Shown: piece after piece, positions 47,999 to 59,737 of the stretch | Layout of the letters: every line of letters starts with the position of its first letter | How positions within the stretch are numbered: position 1 is the first letter of the stretch | From: Phaeosaccion multiseriatum | Taxonomy: Eukaryota > Protista > Ochrophyta, other classes | Direction of reading: 5' to 3' | DNA length: 64,000 bases | Assembly (NCBI GenBank): GCA_965112735.1 | Contig: OZ218953.1 | Coordinates: 496,001-560,000 of the forward strand | Made by a program: the position numbers and the translations under genes | The notes under the pieces: model-generated | Seen by the model: only the letters and a program-made list of their open reading frames with translations | The model's database searches: none | What the model was told of the DNA's origin: nothing

Positions 47999-50900
47999 TA
48001 CATACACACACTCCTTGCGTACCTCATGCATGTCACACACACACACTCATACATACGCACATATACACACACCAATACATACGCACATACACACACACCC
48101 CTTCCTTACCACACCCACTCTCCTTACGTACCTCGAGCATGAAGTCAGGGTTGGCGACGACGTACTTGTCGTATAGAGAGATTTCGTTGTACGCCGCCTG
48201 CGCCACCCCCCCGGAGAGTCCCCCCCCCAGGGACACGCCCTAACGAGGATCAGGCCCAGAATGGTCCGGAAGGGACGGGGGGAAGAGAGCATGCGAGTGA
48301 GGGCGAGTGCGAGAGTGAACATGCGCATGCCAGTGGGCCCATCCCTGCTCGCGCGAGCGAAAGGCCATGGGAGGACGGCAAGCAGGTAGACAGGCAGGCA
48401 AGCAGGCAGACAGGCAGGCAAGCAGGCAAGCAGGCAAGCAGGCAAGCAGGCAAGCAGGCAAGCAGGCAAGCAGGCAAGCAGGCAAGCAGGCCAGCAGGCA
48501 AGCAGGCAAGCAGGCAAGTAGGCAAGCAGGCAAGCAGGCCAGCAGGCAGATCCCATTGCCCATCCCTCTCTCACCCCCACCCCCACCCCAACCCATCCCT
48601 CCCTCCCTCCCTCCCTCCCTCCCCTCACTCACCGCAGCTGCCACAGTGTGCTGGAGCCTCTCACAGCACTCGTCCAGGAGAGCGGCGTGTCTCTGCGGTT
48701 TCCGGTCTTTGCGCCACTGGAGGAGGGCTTGGAGGAAGCAAAGCTCTGCACATGCCGCCCCATTGGAGTCCTGAGCATGGTTGATAGGCAGGCAGGTACG
48801 TGGGCGCGCAGACAGGCAGGCATATGGGCAGGCCGGGCGGAGAAGACAGAGGAGAGGGGTGCGTGAGGCGGTGATGCCAAGAAGAGACAGAGACAGAGAC
48901 AGAGACAGAGACAGAGACAGACAAAGAGATGAGAGACAAAGACGGAGACAGACACATAGACAGAGATAGAGAGAGAGACAGAGAAAGAGAAAGAGACAGA
49001 CAGAGATAGAGAGAGACAGAGACAGACAGAGACAGAGACAGACAGAGATAGAGCGAGACAGAGACAGACAGAGACAGAGACAGACAGAGATAGAGCGAGA
49101 GGCCGCATGCCCCCAGCCCATGCGCCCACATGTTCCTGCCTCCCTCCTGCCCTTGCGCCCCACCTGAATGACGGACAGGAACTCGAGCTGCTGCTCCGCG
49201 TCGTCGAGGGCCCCGTCTTGGATCTGGCAGTAGATGGAGCCATGCAGAGCCGCCATGTTTCCCTGTTGGTCATACGGATACGCCAGGCGAGTAGAGCAGT
49301 TGGTTGGAAAGTAGCAGCAGCAGCAGCAGCAGCAGGAGAAGGAGGAAGAGGAGAAGGAGGAAGAAGAGAAGGAGGGGGGAGGACGGCGGAGCGGGGATAA
49401 GTGAGGCATGGGGATGAGCCTATCGTTGTAGGTATATGGGCACGGCTGTATGCTCTAGTCCAGCTGCGCATACAACCATTGGTGCCTCCTCCCATGTGTC
49501 GCTCACCCCTCCTCCTCACACACACACACACGTGTGCATACGCACACGCACACACACGGGCCTCTGTCTGCCACAGTATCATCATCTGCTGTACCATCAT
49601 CTGCTGCTACTGCCGTACCACCAACTGCTGCCGTATCACCAACTCGCTCACCTCGTCCAGTTTGATGGCTGTTTGGTAGGCCTGCATGGCCTCGCTAAAG
49701 TTGCCTGCCAAGCCCTCCTGATAGCCAAGCTCGCAATAGTTCCGACTGCTCCCCTCGTCCAAGGAACAGGCTTTCTCAATCATGCCCAGGCACAGCATCA
49801 GCACCTCGTTCTCCCTTGCGCAGAGGCGAGCAAGGGAACGGCACACTTCAAAGTGTAGTTCGGCGTTTCGTCCCTCCTTGCGCTCGAGAGCGTCTCCGAG
49901 TCGGCGCATCCTGTCGACTGTCTCTTCGGTGCTGCTGCCTCCGCGCACCAACACGCACAGGGTGTGGAGGCGCAGGGCAGGCAAGTTGGTGCTATCCATG
50001 TCCAGTACTCGCAGCTGTGAGTGGGGGGATTCATTTTAGAGGCAGCGTGGGGGGAGGGGAAGGAGGGGGGCGGGGGGAGGGCAGTTAGAGGCACATGGGG
50101 AGGACCAGGGGTCACAGGCGAGAGCCACAAGCGAAGGAGGGTGGGCTTTAGCGCTCCCTGACACCCTACACCACAGCAGCGTATCCACCCCGCCTCCGCC
50201 CCCCCGGGGACCCAGCCCCCCCGGACCTCCCTCCTACCCGCTCTTTGCCTCTCTCACCAGCGTATCTGAGGCCTGATCCCACTCGTTAGCGTCGATGAAG
50301 AGCTTTGCCTTCTCCACCAGCGCTGGCCAGAACCACCCGTGCATGGCCACGGCAAGGTTGAGGCTCTCCAGTCCGGCCTCGAGGTCCTTCCCTCGGCTAC
50401 GTAGACTGAAGTACTTGGCCTTGCCCATTATCGTATCCAAGTCGCGGTCGAGGCGGCTCTGCTCCAGGTAGCTGGGGCAGGGAGGGAGGGAGGGAAGAAG
50501 GGAAGGAAGGGAGAGAGGGAGAGAGGGAAGAAGGGAAGGGAGGGAGGGAGGGAGGGAGGAGATAAGAGGTGCATGAAGAGGAAAGAAAGGAAGGAAGAAA
50601 GGAAGGAGGAAGCTGTCCAGTAGCCCTCTTTACACTTCATCAATCAGTCTGTTGTGTGGCCGGCCGGGCAATCACTGACCACATACCTCAATGCCTCCTT
50701 GCGAGTCTCATGCTCCTTTCGATCCTTGGGGAAGGTGATCGACAGGGCGATCCAACCCCGAAGGGAGAACACCTGCTGCTGGAAGGGCTGAGAGGGGGGG
50801 AGGGAGGGAGGGAGACAGGAGGGAGGGAGGGAGGGGGGGGGGGAGGGAGGCGAATACCGGTGCACAACACGCGGTGTCAGAGTCGGAGACTGCAGCAAGC

Positions 50901-52074
50901 ACAGAGTTTGAGCTTCAGCTTTGAAGACCTTTCTACTCAACACAATACACGGCACTATCAACAGGTCGGTATCGACTGCTGCTGTACTACTGTGCTACTG
51001 GTGCTGGTGGTGTAACTAGTACTCACTAGACTGCTGTACTGCTTTTCTGCTGGTGCTGGTGCAGCAGCTACTATCACTCACCGTCTGCGGCTCAGTTTCG
51101 CTTCCCGTGACCTTCTCGAGAAGCTCCAAGGCGGCAGGGATATCTCCCGTGAAGAGGTAGAAGCGAGAGGCCACCTGTGGTTTTGAGTCCAAGACAGAAT
51201 ATCGCGACGCAATACGAGTTGAAGAGGGAGAGGGAGACAGAGAAAGAGAAAGAGATGGGAGAGGGAGAGACACACAGAAAGAAAGAGAGAGAGCAGTAGC
51301 GAGGACGATGGGTAAGCGGTAGAGGGTGAGCGTTAGGGGAGGCACAGCATCACAATCAGGGGCAATGATACCACATGTGTCATATGTACAGCAGCCTTTG
51401 TTGCTGCTGGCCCTCCCCACTCACCATGATGGCGTTGTCTGAGGCGTTGTCCTCTGCAATGAACTTGGCTGCCTCGAGCACCTCCACCGCCTCCTCGTCC
51501 ACCACCCGGCTCCTCTTGTGGAAGAAGAGCAAGGCACAGAGGACGGCAAACTCCACGTCTCGCTTGGCTCGGATGGCGCCAAAGTCTCGGATGGCTTCTG
51601 GGATACTGGAGCTGCCGCCTTCCATACCAATAGCGTAGGCCCTCCAGAAGAGAAGTTGGGAATCTTTGCCGACCTTCTGGATCTGTGTGTGTATGTGTGT
51701 GCGTTTGGGGTGGGGTTGCGTGAGAGAGGGAGCGGGGAGACAGGAGTGTGAGAAGGGGGAGAGGGAGAGAGAGGGGAGGGAGAGGGAGAGAGGGAGACGG
51801 TGGAGGCGTCCTTGTGAGACTCTGAAATGGGCCGAGAGATATACAGAACACGACTGACTAGCTTGAAAGGAAGGAGTGGGCAGCACGCATGTCTACACAC
51901 CTGTGCATCGGCTTCCCTCGCCGCATGCCTGTATAACTTCTCTTGCAGAAGGTAAAACAGGAGAGCACGAAGGTCCGCTGGAGACGACGCCTTGCCCCCC
52001 CCACCTCCAGAACCACCCCCACTGCCACCGCTGCCGAAGCTTCCACTTCCGCTTCCTCTTCTATGCCCGGACAT
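41724..52074 (-). CDS. IFT139: Intraflagellar transport complex A protein IFT139 / tetratricopeptide repeat protein 21B, about 22 exons
   Basis: N-terminus LFYLLQEKLYRHA...LLFWRAYAIGMEG. C-terminus MGLVMEKEQSYRDAADCYEQSW...[44 protein letters not shown]. Also KARNALKRIAK, YLLLADLYVERGKFDLAQDL and CLSYNKSCSKAWE. Phase-consistent exons, e.g. 52074-51901, 51682-51425, 51174-51082, 50787-50687, 50471-50258 ... 41969-41724. Confidence 0.95.
48380..48550. repeat. (GCAAGCAG)n intronic octamer repeat
   Basis: Seen directly. Confidence 0.95.
48883..49100. repeat. (GAGACA)n-type intronic repeat
   Basis: Seen directly. Confidence 0.95.
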
Positions 52075-52367
52075 GATTGCTGAGGGAGATGCCAGTTAGC
52101 ACCAATTCTGGGTTGCTATCCCTATTGTCCTCCGCTTTGTCCTCCCCTCGCCCCTCCTGCTCTGATCCTGCTGCTTCTTTTGGCCTCCTCTATCCTTTAG
52201 GGAGTCTGATCAGCCGCATCACCCAGAAAAGGCCAACTAATGCTCCCACCAAGCAAGCCGTTAAGATTTCGCATCCACTGCCATCTAGTGGAATAGTAAA
52301 ATTTCTCGCTGACGACGTTCTGGGCATCCTCGACAAACCCTCTCAGTGCTTGCCTTTGGCCCATGTG
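52075..52367. promoter_or_regulatory. Short head-to-head intergenic region (~290 bp), probable bidirectional promoter
   Basis: Lies between the IFT139 ATG (52074, -) and the ATG at 52368 (+). Inferred from geometry only. Confidence 0.5.
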
Positions 52368-54357
52368 ATGATGCTGTGTCCTTCACTACTTGCACTGGTG
52401 CTACTGGTGCTTACGCTTTCTACCGCACAGGGCTTTGCTGTGCATCCGCAGAGGCCACGGATCGTGGGGGCGAGATGGGGTCAGACACAGGTGGCCCAAG
52501 CTGTTGAGGCCACACCGGGGCCCTCTGGTGCTGAAGAGGCAAACATATCCACACAGGAGGGGACCACTGTTCCCTCCTCGAGAAGGAGATGGTTAGCTCG
52601 AACGACCTCTGCTGCTTTGGCAGTAGTAGCGTCGGGAGGAGTCAAGGATGGGAAGGGGGCGCGAGGCGTTGAAGCGGCCTCAGCGGCAGGGGGCAGTAGT
52701 CTCGCAGACCGAATAAGGTACGTGAGTAATCCCCGTTTCACTCCCACTCTAAGGCCGAGCTGCTGTCTTTGCTAGGTGCTGAGAGAGGATTGAATTGCCT
52801 CCCTCCACTCTCGCTCAAACACTACAGGGATCGAAATTTTGCCAAACCCCTCTTCAGCCTGCCCCCAGGGTAAGAGAGAATCTGGGAATAGATGATGTGG
52901 GATGGTTAGCGGCAGGGTAGGATGGAAGAGAGGCAACGCGAGGCAGGGAGAGTGAAGGCATTTGGGCAGAGCACCTCCAACTATGGCGTCCTCATGGCTA
53001 GCACGCTCTCTCTCTCCCTCTCTATCGATCTCTCTTCCTCTCTTCCCTTCTCTCCCTTCTCCTGCTCCTTTGTCTCTGTACCTTCCGCAGCGAGGCCGTG
53101 TACCCGGAGTGGATGGAGGGGGAGTGGGCGGTAAAAGCAGGCTTTGGAGGATACATCTTCCCCTCCGCCAAAGTCTCCAAGGACGCAGGTGAACGCCCAT
53201 TACGTGTTTGTTGTGGCTGTGAAACCCGAACTGAAACGGAAACCCTTTTGCTTTTCGGTTTGCATTACATTGCAGTTGTGAAGAACCAATACACACCGGG
53301 CTTCAAGCAGTTGAGCATCATGTCGCTCGCAGACATCGGTCCACTGTCAGCAGACTACAAGCAGCGCTTCGTCCGAAGGGGAGGGAAGGTCTTCGAAGAC
53401 AAAGGTAGGCAAAGGTTGGGGTAGTGTGCTCAGCTTCAATCTTTCTTACAATTTGCAGCCTTTATCCTTGTAGGCACACTGGAGACAACCTAAAGTGCCC
53501 TCCGCGAGCAGCAGCAGTAGCACAGCAGAGTAGCACAGGCACTGGCACGGTGCACCCACTTCCACCCACCTACTATCATAGCCGTATACCCCACAACATC
53601 ATGTTGTGCGTTCACTCAATATGCACCCATGCCATGCGTCTGTGCGCCATCCCTCTGTCCCACCCACCCCAAACCGCCAACCAGTGTACAACTTAGAGGC
53701 GGCCATGGCGGGGTGGCTCGGAGAGTTCTCCCCTTTAGTGGACCAGGCCGAGTATGAGCCTCAGCAGAACGCCAACAGGTGCGTCCCCGTTTCGTCCGTT
53801 TCGTCCGTCCGTCACTCGCGTGCCGTCGACTGTCTGTCCGCCTGTGCCTTGTATCAAGCCGCACAGACGGACAGGCCAGGCCAACAGCTACCGACCACTG
53901 CTGGTATAACATACGGCACTCCCTCGAGCAGGAGTCTCAACACGTTTCTTCCTTCCCGCACCCATACCATAGCAGCCGCCTCTCTTCCCCGCTTACGGAG
54001 ACAAAGCCTTAACTACCCAACCGTCGCCTCCTTTGCCGTCTTTCCCCACAATGCCCGTCCGCGTTCAATCCACATTGCCCACCCCACCCGCCCATCAGGT
54101 TGTCCTTCGCGTTCAGGCCGGGCCGCAGGAACAAAAACAATCTAAAGTGAGTGATGAACCGAGGGCCAAGGGGACAGCGGGTCAAGGAGGATGAAGGAGG
54201 GGATTGTTGCCCACAGATGCCTCACAGAGCACGCGAGCGGGTGTCTTGCCTTGCCTTATCTCGACCCCTCCACCCTGCCCTGCTTTGCCCTGCTTTGCCC
54301 TGCTATGCCCTCCCCCACTGGTGGGTGCCGCTGCTGCTCGCTCTTTTATCCCGCTCT

Positions 54358-54388
<31 letters not shown>

Positions 54389-54848
54389 CTCTCCCACACG
54401 CACCCCTACCTACCTGCTGCTGCATCGGTGACGCGACCTTCCTGCCCTCCCTGCCTCTTGATGCAGGCGTATAGAGATCTTTGGTAATGCTAGGGAGTGG
54501 CAGGAACTGGGTGGGGCCCCCGCACCAGCACCAGGAGCAGCAGTAGCAGCAGCAGCAGTGGCAGGAGATGGAGGAGGCTCGTCGTCCCCGTCAACGTTCA
54601 TTGTGAGCGAGTACTTCCGACAAGTCTCCTTCTATCAAGCTGACAGCAACACCGTCAGTCGAGAGCTCGTGTGCGACGTGCAACAGTTCATGGTGTACAA
54701 TAGGTCGGGTCCTTCCAAGGTGAAGTGCTCCTTACTCACGGCGGGCTACCTGCAGCCGCAGGACGCCAACTATTTCGAATCCCCGACCCAGCCTGTGGTG
54801 TTGTATTCCCACACACTGGACATGGAGAGGCTTGGCGATGCAGCTTAG
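52368..54848 (+). CDS. Nucleus-encoded plastid (possibly thylakoid-lumen) protein, DUF6816-like, multi-exon
   Basis: Signal peptide MMLCPSLLALVLLVLTLSTAQG|FAV (ASAFAP-type), then SRRRWL + a hydrophobic stretch + AxA (Tat-like). Exons read YPEWMEGEW, PGFKQLSIMSLADIG, YKQRFV, YNLEAAM, FIVSEYFRQV and TAGYLQPQDANYF...PVVLYSH. Confidence 0.7.
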
Positions 54849-55277
54849 TTTAGCTTAGTTTAGCTTAGATTAGACTGGCTTAGGGTACCTCGCTTTGACC
54901 TTGGGTCCTCCAAGGTGGAAGAAGGCATGTGTCTTGATTGACATCAGCAACAGGCAACACACACCCCGCCGATCCATCGCAACGCTCTGCGTGTCGCAGA
55001 AGTGGCAAAGGAAAGGGCTCTTTCAACCATAGACACTTAAAACGTATGTACAAGTCCGGCGTGGTGCCTGTCCCACGCGTCACACAAGAGCACAAGAAGA
55101 AGAGGAGGAGGAAAAGAAGCCCACTGCGAAGAGACCACACACATCCCGTCCTCGCTCGCTTGTTGTGGAGCGATTTCGGGAGGAAGGAAGCACTCAGCAG
55201 CCAGACCACTCGGCAGTTATCATCACACCATCACACCGACCCAATCACTTGGCAATGATCATCACAGCATCACAGCA

Positions 55278-55771
55278 TCATTGCATCCAGTCGGCGTGCA
55301 CCTCCCGTGCGGCCCTTCTGCCGGTGAGATAAGCACCGTGCAGGCTCCCCTCGTAGTCCACACTCGTTGCCTGCATGCAGGGGGGGGGGGGCACGGCGTA
55401 GCGGTGGGTGAGTGGATGGGTGGGTTAGTGACTGAGTGACTGAGTGAGTGATCGAGAGGGCGGAGGGGTGAGTGGATATGTGAGTGGATGAGTGCGTGAG
55501 TGAGCGGGGGAGTAGAGGAGTGAGTGGGTCTGGGTGTCTGTGTGTGATGTGCATGTGAGTGCGTGTGCGTTACAATTATGCACTCATGTGCTCACCTCTC
55601 CGGCAAAGTAGAGGCGCTTCCCCACGCTCTTCGCTCTGTCGTGAAGGTCAAAGGGGGAGCTCCCCACCTTTGAGAAGGAGTATGCGCCGAGCGAGAAAGG
55701 CCTCTCGTCCCACCTGGTTACTCGCACAGACACGGGGCGGACGTCTCTGCTCACCTGCGCTCATGGGGTAG

Positions 55772-55837
<66 letters not shown>

Positions 55838-58800
55838 TGCAGACAAGGGCGGCAAGGCAGGCTCTGGAGGTGAGTCGGGGTGGGGAGAGGGGACAGTGCG
55901 GGAGTGGAGTGGAGAAGGAGCGACGGAGCTGTCGAGCTTGGCTGAGCACCGGAAGGAAGGAAGGAAGGACGGACCTGTGTGAAGGTACGACGTATCCTGG
56001 CCAACAGGCTCTCCACGATGAGAGTGTCGCTAACTCCGCTCACAGCCGCGCCGGCGTCGCCCGGGAGGATGGCGGTGAGCACAGGCGGTGCGCCCTCCTT
56101 GAGATAGGCGTAGTTCTCCAGGAGCAGTACGGAGGAGGAGGACGAGGAGGAGGAGGAGAATGTCGGTGCCGCTGCCCGTGTCGACTTGGCACTGCCATTG
56201 GTACTCGCATTGGCATTAGCCGTGAGAGTCTTGCCTGCTGACGAGCCGCTTGCGCACGCTGTCCTCTCCTCGGCGGGCTCGGAGCTCGAGAGGGCTTCTC
56301 TCAGCCAAAGGCAACCGCACACGCACAAGGCCGCAGTCCAGCAGTAGGGAGAGCAAGCAACAAGGGAGAGGAAAGTGAGGGTTGGAAGTTCAACCAACCT
56401 CCCTCTCTCCTTGTACACCCCACGGCAAGAAAAGCCCACTCAGCTCCTGCCCCTGCCCCTGCCCCATGCAATACCCTCTTACCTATGAACGGCACATCTG
56501 TGGGCCAGAAGCACTCCACGAACTCCATCAGCACCTTCTTGTAAGAGCCCAGCGTGGCCCTGTCGAAGGCAGATTGCTTCACGGCGGGGAGGGGCGGACA
56601 AAAGCGGATCGTCGATGAGGACCAGCTCTCTCTCTTCTTCTCGCCTCTGGCTCTCTCCTCCTGCACATCCTCAGAGAGCAGCACTGGTGAAGCGTCGTCC
56701 GTCTTTCTCGCCCTTCCCTCATGCGCCTCTTTCTCTCTTCCCCCCCATTCCCCCTCTCCCTCCTCCTCCTCCTCCTCCTCCTCCTCCCGCTCCCGCCTGT
56801 CTCTACTGCCATCCTCATCCTTCTCCTCCTGCTGCTGCTGCTCGTGTTGTTGGAGCTGAGTGATGGGGACCGTCAGGATGACCGCATCGACAATGTAGGA
56901 CGCCCCACCTCTCACTCGCACGACCACTGCGTTGCTACTGCTGCTGCTGCTATCGTCCGTTCTATTGCTATCTTCGCTAGGAGGACAACACGCATCGCTG
57001 CTGCCATCGCCTCTACTGCCCGCCATGTCCTCGTGCCTTTCCGATGATGGCTCCTCCCCTGGCCAAGCTATACAGGCGACGGACTCCTCCATCCTCAGTC
57101 GCAAAGGAGGCAGGGCCTGCATCGACTGCTGCAGACCACCGCCCTCCTTGTCCTCCTCTTGTCGCCTCGCCTCCCCTGCCCCACAGTTATCGCCGTCACC
57201 GCCTAACCCCAGCATAATCTCTTGTACCAGGCCGTCCACAATCCGCTGCATCCCCCCAATGGGAAGGCTATGCGGCCCTGCCATGTCCTGGGGGAGGCAT
57301 ACAGCACACACACACACACACACACACAAACATGTGTACATAAGTATTAGTAACCAAAGGGACGGAGAAAAGGGTCGGGAGCGTGGGCGTGCGAATGTGC
57401 AAAAAGGAGAGCAGCAAGCGCGAACTCTCTGGTAGGTAAGGCGAAGGCGCACGCTAGCAGGAAGCAAGGAAGGAAGCAAAGGAAGCAAGAAGGAAGGAAG
57501 GAAGGAAGCAAGGAAGGACCAACTTGCAGTTTCCATCTCACAGTTCAAGTTCGTGCACATGCTCACTCACCCCGTAGGTCCCCATTCCCATCGTTGGCAT
57601 TCGCGGCAGACCCGAGGGGGGCGAAGGGAGCACCGCCCCCTCTCCGAGCTCCGGGTGCCTCTCCAACAGCGAGAGAGAGCAGCCCTGCACGTCTTCTTGT
57701 GGCGATGGGCTTAAGTTTAAGCTCCCCAGCACACCCTCAGACCCTCCACCTTCCACTCCTTCGACCTCGATATCGACGTCGACATCAACATCGACATCAT
57801 CGATTTCGAGCTGCTCCGACGGCGTGGAGGGGTCGGAGGTGGCTGCATACTCCCACAGCTGCAGAGAGCCCACGCTACCGCCCATCCAGGCCTCCACGAG
57901 GTGTATGTGGAAGGAGAGCAGCTGCCTCTGGACGGACGATAGGCGGCGCCAAGGCTCGTCATCGTCATCGTCCTTCTCACCACGAACAGCACTAGCACCA
58001 GCTCCAGCAGCACCCTTAGCCGCGCAAACGCAGCCGCAGTCGGTGCCGCTACCCCCGCTGATGATGTCTGGCTCGTCCTCATCCCCAGCAATCGCTGCTG
58101 CTGTGCAGGCAGAATCATCGTTGGTGGGGTGCGAGTGGGTGCTGCTGCTTCCATCATTGCCGCTCCTGCTGCTGTCATCTCCCTCGCCCCCCTCCCCCGG
58201 CGGACAAGAATCAAGCAGCAGAGAGTGTAGCAAGGCTCCAAGCGAGGCATCGGGGTCTGCAGTCTGTGCGGCGGCCTCCCTCCCCACCCTCTTCATCAAG
58301 GCCTCGTACACACGCAGCCCCCTCAGCCGCTCCTCCTCTCCTTGCCGGATACCGTCGATGTAGACAGCGACCTGAGACAACACGAGTATCGGTGCATTTG
58401 CATGAAGAGCGCGAGGAGGGGCGGGGGCGAGGATGCCGAGTCAGGGCACGTCGCTCTCGGCCTCCAGGATGAGGGCGTGGTGTGCCCCCCACCCCCCGAA
58501 CACAGCTTCGCTTCGCTACACACGGTAGCAGCATAGCAAGCATGCCCGATCAGCATTCGGTGCCCGCCTACCTTCATATGACGCGGCTCCATCCACGGGT
58601 TGCCTCCCTCCGCTATGTCCTTTAGTCCCACGCCGTATTTGGAGGCAAGCTGAGACACATGTACGTTGAAGGGGGGCAGCCAGACAACAGCGTCCAAGAG
58701 CGGTCTTAGGAAGGCACTCTCACTCCCTTTCTTCCCCTCTTCTCTCATTTTGCCAATCAATGCCAATACCCAGCCAAGGAGGTCGAAGGTCGATGCGGAT

Positions 58801-59320
58801 CACTCAGGCGAAGAAGCGGCATACCTGGTTGAGAGGGTTAGCAGGGTTGCTGCCATGGATCCACGCAGCGCCCTCGTCAAAAGGGAAGCGTGTGCCGCTG
58901 TTGCGACACTGACACTCGACGGTCTTTACTCTGCCTCCGATGCGAGCGGATGCCTCGACCACCGTGATCTTGTGACGAGGGCAGCCCTGCTCCAGCAGCC
59001 CCTGCACGGCAGCAAGTCCTGCGAGAGGGAGTGAATGCACGCAAGGTTGCAGGTGCGAGGGGCACGGCGAATGTCGAAGGGTGAGCTTGACGCAGGGAGC
59101 GGAGGCACAGCATCCAACAATCCAAGAAGGGAGAGCAATATCGTGTGATCAAGAATAATGAAAGCAGCTTAGAAAGGCCAGGGCAAAAAGGCCCCCTCCA
59201 AAGGATCCTTCGCCGTGTCCACTCACCTGCCATCCCTGCCCCCACGACACAAACTCGAGGGTGTTCCTGTCCATCGCGCCCCGAGCCGCTTGCCGCTGTC
59301 CGCACTGCATTTGCTTGCAT
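55278..59320 (-). CDS. Flavin-containing amine oxidase (polyamine oxidase/LSD1-like family), multi-exon
   Basis: FAD motif RVCVVGAGMAG|LAA...VVEASARIGGRV, then DEGAAWIHG...NPL, GGMQRIVDGL, ADAVI-like VDAVILTVP, FCPPLPAVKQSA, LGSYKKVLMEFVECFW, RLYFAGE and terminal ATSVDYEGSLHGAYLTGRRAA..WMQ* (stop 55278-80). Confidence 0.9.
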
Positions 59321-59737
59321 TTTACTTAGCGGCGTCAAGAAGGAGAGGTGTCAGCAGCAGCCGCAGCGGAAGCAGCAGCAGCAGCAGCAGCAAGCGGCGT
59401 GATCGATCTTAGTTGTGGCCCCGTCTCTCGCTTGTGCGGACAATGATGACTATCGTCCCATCTTTGTAAAGCGAGGCAATCGCAATGCATCTGTGACACC
59501 AACGTTGGTAATACGCCCCAGGGGGGTACGCACTTTTTCCCTTTTTGCGCTCGATTCTGGAGCGCAGAGAAAGGAAAGATAGAGTGGAGGAAAGCACGGC
59601 AGTGGCTGTGGCATTCTGCCGTTAGGGGGAGGGAGGGAGGACACTCTCTCGAGAGCAGGCGAATGAGGTGAAGGAGGGAAGGATAGGGGAAGCAGCAGCA
59701 AGAAGAGGATTGAGGGCAGGGTATAGCAGGGAAAGGC

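Larger units (their letters stand above)
22014..52285. repeat. Dispersed 16-bp motif CCATCCACTGCCATCC (span gives first and last copy)
   Basis: Exact copies at 22438, 34116, 34342, 34546(-), 35255, 35279 and 37666. Partial copies at 22014(-), 22404, 43388(-), 46310(-), 47686 and 52272. Confidence 0.85.
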
